Source of the DNA: Octopus bimaculoides
Lineage: Eukaryota
NCBI RefSeq assembly: GCF_001194135.2
Contig: NC_068986.1
Coordinates: 45,252,979-45,316,978 of the forward strand
Direction of reading: 5' to 3'
Length of the DNA: 64,000 nt
Shown: piece by piece, positions 51,801 to 61,147 of the stretch
Position numbering within the stretch: position 1 is the first letter of the stretch
Layout: each line of letters starts with the position of its first letter
Position numbers and translations under genes: made by a program
Notes under the pieces: generated by a model
Seen by the model: only the letters and a program-made list of their open reading frames with translations
Database searches by the model: none
Told to the model about the DNA's origin: nothing

Positions 51801-54800
51801 GACTGTTTCATGCTCCAGTGTTTGCTTTGGCATGGTTTCTGTGGATGAATGCCCTTTCTAATGCCAACTACTAAACAGCATGTGCTGGGTGCTTTTTGCA
51901 AGCTGCCAGTACCAGTGTGGTTGCCATGTGGCTCACAAGACTATAAGACTAGACAGGGAGGCTTTATGCTAGGAGAGGATGAGAAGGAGCCAGTGCAGAA
52001 CAGGTTTCTTGCTACAGAGGATTCATATGGCTACTCACATTTTAGAAGGGAATGTGAGAGTAATTGGGTAGAGCTGGAAAGAGATAAATATAGGGATGAT
52101 GAAATATCTAGATAGACTCTCAAGGTCTGAGAAATGATTGGGACAGAAGAGTCAGGAGTATGGGTGGATGGAAGCTGCAAGAATGTATGGGGGAGAGAGA
52201 GATGGGAAATGTATATGACGGAAGGGAGGTAGGTGACAAGTGTAAAGATTGGGAAGTCAGAAACGAACATCGTATAATTGTCGATGATTATCAAAGAAAA
52301 TTGTAAGCCAGAATAAAATGTAATATCACACAGTAGAAATATCAATAAATTGTATATAACTTACTTCTTTTAAGTCTCGGTAGAGAAGGTCATTGTTTTT
52401 ATCTAAAAATCCTTTGACATCATATGTAACCTCTCCAGCATAATGGATCAGACGAAATTGCTAGCAAAGTAATAATGGATCAAAAGTTAAATGAACGATC
52501 AAGGAATACATGAAGCTTTTTGGATATTCTAGTTTTAAGAAACAATACCACTTTCTTCAACTCAGGCATTTTCTATTGTTAATATTATTTTAATGAAATT
52601 ATGCATATACCATTAAAATTAATCTATTTTTAACCAATGCTTAACAATGTTATTATTTAGATAATAATATATTAGATAACAGTATAACATTTTGCAATCT
52701 CTCTTTAAATTCATTGTCTTTTCTTTAGGGTTAGTAATGATGTTTACACTAGTGTGCATGGCAGCTTTTATTGTTTAAAGGTATATCTGTGAATATGATT
52801 CAGCTTCTTGGTACTTATATATCTTACATAATTTAGACTAAAAACCTCTGTTAGTGAAAGTAGATCATACATTTGCACTTGTATGTGCAGACATAGGTAA
52901 GCTTTTTCTCAGGAAGATTGGCAGTTATCCATACATGAGATTTTTTCTTCTCTGTGCCACTAGATATGTGCAGTATTTTGGCTTTGTTTTGTGTTTTCTA
53001 TTGTATTGTTGTTGCTAATGTTTGTTACAAAACTAAATTTTTACCATGTGTATTACTGGGAAAATAATTTTATTTTATTTTATTCATTTTTTTAAAAACT
53101 AATAAATGGTTTCAGAATATCTAAAGGTCCATTCTCCACTATTACTCTGAAATTTTTTGACATTTTTATTGTGCACACATACTTCTGTAAACATCCAATT
53201 TGTTTTGCTTATTAATAGTTTAATATAGCTATCTCTAAGATAGCTGGCGGGAGTATTAGTCACTAAGATGATAGCAACAAATATACCCCAACGACCAATT
53301 TTTGAAAACACAACATAAAAACATAAAAGTAAATTTAATAACAAATAAAATTAATAGAAAAAATTACAAACACAGTTATAAACGAAGACAGTTATAATCA
53401 GATATGTATAAAAATAAGTGGTGGAAACACAAACTTGAATGACTAACAAATGCACTGACAACAACAATAACTCATTCCTTGTTAGAGTTACAAACCAAAA
53501 TAAGATATTAGACATTTGTCAACTCCAGACAAAAACAAAAAACATAGGTGAAGTATGTTGTAAAAGTGAGTGCTTCCTTACAAAACAAAATTATACAAGA
53601 GAAAACAAAAAGGTAAATGATATAGCTTTAATTTTCCAAAAAAGCAAATGTTGGCTTTCATTTATGCTTTTAAAAACGAAGTTGGATAAATCACTGGCCA
53701 ACGTGTGGCAGTGTTTGCTCCATTGACTGCAACAAGGAATATGGAAGCATGTGTCCGATCTTTAAGACCATGGGTAATGTAAAGACATAGGCAGAGCTGG
53801 TGTGCCAAGCACTTGTGGTCAGGCATTAGGAAAATAAACACAAGGGTCATGGCCAGAAATATTGGTATTCACAATGACTCTTGATTTGTCATCCTCTTTT
53901 TTCTCTCTTTAAATTCATTGTCTTTTTTTTAGGGTTAGTAATGATATTTATACTAGTGTGCATGGCAGCTAGTGTGCATGACCAAGTAATGATTGCAGAG
54001 GTGACCTGTGACAACACAAAGCCAGAGAGTAGTCTGCACGACTATACAGGTTCTGATGACCTTTGAAGATCCCCGCTCTACTCTCACTCAATCCTATATT
54101 ATTTTTATATGCACATCCCCATTGTAACATTTTGTAATGTATATATGAGCCTTTGGGACTAATAAAATATTACTACTATATATCAAAAGAAAGCATCATC
54201 ATTATTGGGGCTGTTATCAAAAGTAATACTACAGTGAAGAAGTTGAAATGATAAAGTACAAGACATTCTAAAGTTCAAATCCCATCAGATCTGAATTGAT
54301 ATTTCATTTCTTTACATAAGTTGATACAATAAGTACAAATCATGTAACAATTCGACTGACTGACAATGCTTATTTCCCATAAATGTGAGGTTTCTGTCAA
54401 AATAAACTTTAAAAAAAAAAGCCTTTATTACTACTCAAAACTTGGAAGTTTATTTTTCATGTTTTTCTCATTCTACACCTGAAAAGTTTTCAAATGCAAG
54501 TTTCTTAAGTCACAATATTGTTGATGCACAATAGATCTCTTTATATAGCAGATCATAGGAAAATCAGTATGGCCAGTTTACATACTCAAAGAAAATCAAG
54601 TCAGCACTGCAAACTAACAAATCATTTGTTAATTTTACAATCCTGCAACAGTTCAGAGCAGTGAGTTGTTTCAATCTTGTGACACTTATTTTTTTTATGT
54701 AGAAAGACTAATCTATTTGAAAATTTGTCTTGGCTATGAACAAAATTCTGAACCCTATACACTTTTAATATGATATAGTTAAAAATATCTAAGGTAATGT

Positions 54801-57800
54801 AGAAATATTTCAACACCATTTTAGGAAGTAGATGGAGTAGTCCAAACTACAGTAGATATATAAAGGTACCAAGAAATTTGAGCATGTGTATATGCATACA
54901 CATAACTATAGACAAAAAAAGCTGGTATATACATTAATATAAATAGTATTACTGGACCCTAAAGTAGAGAAAGTGGATTTAAAGCTAGAATTTAGATAAT
55001 AAATAGAAAACAACTAAACTCATATATCTTGAGCTGAAATGTACATTATTGTATCATAAATGCCTTCTAGCTGCTGAGAGTATGCATCCAATCCACTAAA
55101 AATTGTCTGAAATAAACAGGTGTCTTATCAAGTAGATTCAATTCAACTTTTGCCATTTAAATCCATGAAATTACAGCTAAATAACAACACTTTAACCACC
55201 CACCTCACTGGAGATTAGGATACATTTATATTAAATAATGCAGCTAAATTTCAGTGATCTGAATTTTGCCAAAACAGAGATGAAAATAAAGACAAAAGTA
55301 ATTATTTTAAATAGAAAATAGAACAATATTTCTTAAAATTTCAACATACATCCCGTTCAATTGTTTTTCTTGTTGCAGTGTCTGCTGATACATGAGATAT
55401 AAAATGTGCATGGTCCTTGTGAGTCTGAGATAGCTTGTCTAAGAAAGTCAAATCTGTTGGGTCCCCAGGGCGAACACATTCTTCATCCTGAAATAAAGTA
55501 AACATAGTCTACTTGTTAGAAATAAGAAATTTTACAGAGAATTACTTCGATCAACCTGTCAGTGTATATTTATGACATGTCAATGAAAGGTCATGTTAAA
55601 AAAAAAAAAAAANNNNNNNNNNNNNNNNNNNNNNNNNNNNNNNNNNNNNNNNNNNNNNNNNNNNNNNNNNNNNNNNNNNNNNNNNNNNNNNNNNNNNNNN
55701 NNNNNNNNNNNNNNNNNNNNNNNNNNNNNNNNNNNNNNNNNNNNNNNNNNNNNNNNNNNNNNNNNNNNNNNNNNNNNNNNNNNNNNNNNNNNNNNNNNNN
55801 NNNNNNNNNNNNNNNNNNNNNNNNNNNNNNNNNNNNNNNNNNNNNNNNNNNNNNNNNNNNNNNNNNNNNNNNNNNNNNNNNNNNNNNNNNNNNNNNNNNN
55901 NNNNNNNNNNNNNNNNNNNNNNNNNNNNNNNNNNNNNNNNNNNNNNNNNNNNNNNNNNNNNNNNNNNNNNNNNNNNNNNNNNNNNNNNNNNNNNNNNNNN
56001 NNNNNNNNNNNNNNNNNNNNNNNNNNNNNNNNNNNNNNNNNNNNNNNNNNNNNNNNNNNNNNNNNNNNNNNNNNNNNNNNNNNNNNNNNNNNNNNNNNNN
56101 NNNNNNNNNNNNNNNNNNNNNNNNNNNNNNNNNNNNNNNNNNNNNNNNNNNNNNNNNNNNNNNNNNNNNNNNNNNNNNNNNNNNNNNNNNNNNNNNNNNN
56201 NNNNNNNNNNNNNNNNNNNNNNNNNNNNGATTTTATAAAATAAATTTTCATTCATGATTTTATAAATAAAACCTTCATTCATGTTTATATATCTCTTTAT
56301 TCTATTCCTTTTCTTTACGCAATATTTTCACGTGACTTCATTCTAATAAACGCTAAGTTAATAGTATAATGTTTAAAATTTTATTTTAAACTAAAGCTTC
56401 GATGAGATAAGTATTGCATTTATTTTCAATAATATTGTTAAATGTTTTTCTTTTATTTATTGGTAAAATAAGTATTTTTATATAAATTCACTTGTTATTT
56501 ATTGTTGGTTGATATCTTATTTAACGCTAAGTTAATAGTATAACGTTTAACATTTTAGTTTAAACCAAAGTTTCGATAAGATTAGTATTGCATTTATTTT
56601 CGATAATATTGTTAAATGTTTTTTCTTTTATTTATTGGTGAAATAAGTATTTTTATATAAATTCATTTATTATTTTTTGTCAGTTTATATTCTAATAAAT
56701 GCAAAGTTAATAGTATAACGTTTATAATTTTAGTTTAACCTAAAACTTCGATAAGATAAGTATTGCATTTATTTTCAATAATATTGTTAAACATTTTTCT
56801 TTTATTTATTGGTAAAATAAGTATTTTTATAGAAATTCATTTGTTATATATTGTTAGCTGAAATTCTAATAAATGCTAAGTTAATAGTATAATGTTTAAA
56901 TTTTAGTTTAAACTAAAGCTTCGATAAGATAAGTATTGCCTTTATTTTCAATAATATCGTTAAATATTTTTCTTTTTATTTATTGGTAAAATAAGTATTT
57001 TTATATAAATTCATTTGTTATTTATTGTTAGTTGATATATATACATTCATTTTATTATTATTATTATTATTGTATTTTGACCCAAAGATTAGCTATATTT
57101 TTGAATAGAATTGATTTTCGATCGATTTATTTTAATCGATTTTATTTAATTTTATTTTCTATTTGAAAATGTGTTATGAAACACATGTAGTCGTTTTATT
57201 ATTTTAATAATTATTACTTTGTATTTTATTATAGTTCTTTTTAGTGTATTTACTTATTAAATTTTTCTATATGTGACTGTGGATTTTCATGGATGAGTTC
57301 AGGAATTGGGGTTCTTTTCTCTAGCCTGGGCAAAGTTTAGAGAGCTCTTACCTCTGCTGGTGACAAAGGGCCTCTCACTCAGAGTAAAAGGCAGACTGTA
57401 TGATGCANNNNNNNNNNGACCTGGGATGTGGTGGTGAAGCACAACCTTCGAACTTTAGGCCTCACCGAGGCAATGATCAGTGACCGGGACCTTTGGAAAT
57501 ATGCAGCTAATGAATTTTATTTCTGTTTTACATACATTTTTTCACACTTATGGTTTTGTAAATTTGTATAACAAAACAACCACTTTTTGCAAAAAACAAC
57601 CACTTCCTACCAAAACAACAACTGCCTATCAAAAAACCCTCCCAATTAGGGTGCAAAAGGGGAATCTGTGTCAGTCAGGAAGACAAAATTATGTATCTCA
57701 ATCAGGAGCACAATAGATCAAACATGCTTTGAATGTACATTCATGAGATCTGTAGTCCAACACCATAAAACTAACACTCATTTTCTCTTATTCTTTTATT

Positions 57801-60017
57801 ATCTATCCATCCATTCATTTTCACCCACCATTCTTGGGAAAGCCATGGGGACAGAATCTTCAAGTACTTCCGTCATAGGCTCCTATGAGAAGCAACCATC
57901 ATTAGACTTTCTGGCTGGATTCTCAAGCATGACCAACTGAGGCTAAGGATATTATTCAGCCATCTCTTTCTTGGTCAACCCCTAGATCTCTTGCTTGTTG
58001 GCATGGCTTGAAGAATCTGTCATGTGATTCTTTATTCCAAATGTTAACCACTTGTCTGTAATATTGGAGTTATGACCTCTAAATGTGGAGAAGTGACAGC
58101 TTGACCTGGAGAGATTCCTTGATATTTGAGCTATGCACCCTGTTGAGTAATGTTACTCTAGAGATCCTTCAGAGGAACACTATTTTGGTTGTTTGTGTTC
58201 ACAATCATACTCTTTCAGTCTTTATCCAACATTTATCAATGTTATTAAATTTATAAATGAGTAACATGAAGAATTGCATTGTCAATACATTGTCAATCTC
58301 ATCATCATCATCATCGTCGTTTAACGTCCGCTTTCCATGCTAGCATGGGTTGGACGATTTGACTGAGGACTGGTGAACCAGATGGCAACACCAGGCTCCA
58401 ATCTGATTTGGCAGAGTTTCTACAGCTGGATGCCCTTCCTAACGCCAACCACTCCGAGAGTGTAGTGGGTGCTTTTACGTGCCACCAGCATGAAGGCCAG
58501 TCAGGCGGTACTGACAACGGCCATGCTCAAAATGGTGTATTTTATGTTCCACCCACACAAGAGCCAGTCCAGGGGCACTGGCAACGATTTCGCTCAAAAG
58601 TCCTTACACATGCTGCAGGCACAAGTGCCAAAAAGGCAATGCTGGGCACAGGTGTCATCAATGTTTAAATTATAAAACTGAGATTCACAAAACTTGATTC
58701 AGTTGTTTCAGTATTGTTAAGTCAGACACTATCACAAACTTTTATTGAATTAGATTTTCATGTTCAATCATTTCAAGAGTTAATACAATACTAAAATGAT
58801 GCTTACCATAATAGCTATCACACCAATTGGTCTCCCTTCAACCATATCACAGATAATTTTATTGTTAAAAAATTGAACTGGTTCCCACTGAAAGGAAAAA
58901 GAAGGTAAAGTTACATTTCAAATTGCAGAAGGATTCTAAGATCCCCAAGTTATTTAGAGACAATTTACACATTTGAATCCTATGATTGAGGATAAAAATA
59001 TAAATTGATGATCAGTAAAGAGAACAAGTGCAATATTGAGAATGGCAACAATTGCTTAGTAATGTTTTTAGTCTTTGTAAATAGATTTACTATCAACCTC
59101 TGCATAACTCAATAAACATAAGGACATTACAAGATGCTACAGATGCAATGTTAGTAAAATAATACATAGTAATAATAATAATTTGGTGTTAATGTAAATA
59201 ATTAAAATAATTCGATCTCTATTTTTTTTTCATTTTCTAGACAAATTAAAATATTTTCTGAATAATAAGAAAGAGAGAGTCAAATCTAGATATTTTCTAT
59301 CACTGGAATCGAGTTTTAATTCTCCTTCACATAGCAAATGTAACTGTAAATTGGTGCCATACATGTACAATTCACTGATGTAAGGTTCAGATACACTTCA
59401 AAATTAGTGGGTATTCATTAGCTTCAGTGTTCAGTTCAAAATTAGTGAGTATTCATTAGCTTCAGTGTTCAGTTCAAAATTAGTGGGTATTCATTAGTTT
59501 CAGTGTTCAGTTCAAGTCCTTGTTCACAGTGCAACACAGTTTCAAGCAATTATATTATCAACACATTGGTATGAAAATGTGTTGGAAACTGAAACAAGTA
59601 AAAGCAGTAGCATCTGAAAACTTTCAAATAGTTTTTGAGATTCTGTTGTAAACCATTCTATGAATATAATTTAGTCAACAACATTGTCAATATTGGAGAA
59701 TTGTTCACTCTTTGATGAAACCCACTTTACAGATTTACTGCCTGTCTTTGAAATACAAGGAAAGTACTGTTCATAGGTGTGGCAAGCTAAATGATTGTGC
59801 CACAGAGTGAGTCTCTGTGCGGTTGCTTAACTTACTAGAAATAGCAGCCAAATTTCTCAGATAACAACCTGTAGCTTCTACAACAAAAGAAGATATATGT
59901 GAATCCAGGATAGTGTAGTCCCAGATTTACTATATCTTAAAAAAAGACTGGTTAATCATAGTTTCAATGCCTTTGATAGGTCTTTCGAATCAAGACTGAG
60001 CTACCTTTAAGCTAAAA

Positions 60018-60056
<39 letters not shown>

Positions 60057-61101
60057 AATGTGGTAATGTATGTGACTAATTTTGAACTGAAAACGTTTCT
60101 GACTTTGATCAGTATCACCAGTGAAGGCAAATATATTTATACTATAAGTTAAAAGGAAATAAAGAAAATACATTATTGTTGTGTAATAAAGAAAAGCTAT
60201 GTGGAAAGAATTATGTGAAAGTGTATGTAGAAACAAAGAGCCTAAAATTACATGCCATGAAAAACTTAACAAGTGACCTGAGATGGTAAAGCTATGTCAC
60301 CAAAACATTGCCATCTGCAAAAAGTAGATTATAACTTGTTTTTGCTTATGTTTATAATTTTGCTTGTGTTTATAATTCTTATTAAGTTAGTTTGTTCATA
60401 GATGAGAGTAAAGGGTAAAGACTCCCTTTGGTCATGAACGACCATTGGATTGCACCTCTGAAGTTCCCCTCTGAGGCACAAGTTTAGGCAAGGAAGAACT
60501 TGGTTGTTATGCTAGTATAATCTATAAAAGAAAATATATAAGTAGCTAACAAATGGTTCAGACATACACATAGCATGTTCCTTTCATTTATAAATGTTTC
60601 TCCAGTTCCACCATTTAAGGCTGGCAGTTACTGGCTTTAAGATAAAAGTAAGTTCCATTTGACATAAAATGCTCTACAATAACTTTCTCAGTTCCATTCA
60701 TGTATAATAACTATGTAGTTAATACAGTTTTCTTTCTTGAAATACCAAATAACCTAAATTCACAAGATCATGCCTACTTATGTTATCATGGTGGAATACT
60801 GTCATTTTTCAATTAACTCAAACCTGCCTTTTTGTTTTGTACAGTAACATAATCCAAGAGACTAAATTTAGACAGGATACAGTAAATTTTGTTTATAAGG
60901 ACTTAAGACTAACTAGTTATATTTCAGATAAGACAAATGGAAAAAAAAATGTGGCTGTGTGGTAAGATGCTTGCTTCCCTACTATACGGTTCTGGGTTCA
61001 GTCCCACTGTATGGCACTTTGGGCAAGTGTTTTCTACTATAGCCTCAGGCCGACTAAAACCTTGTGAGTGGATTTGGGAGACGGAAACTGAAAGAAACCT
61101 G

Positions 61102-61147
<46 letters not shown>

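Noticed and set aside
59397-59515. 38-bp repeat x3 as a CRISPR-like array
   Set aside because: Head-to-tail with no spacers, in eukaryotic intron context; an ordinary minisatellite.
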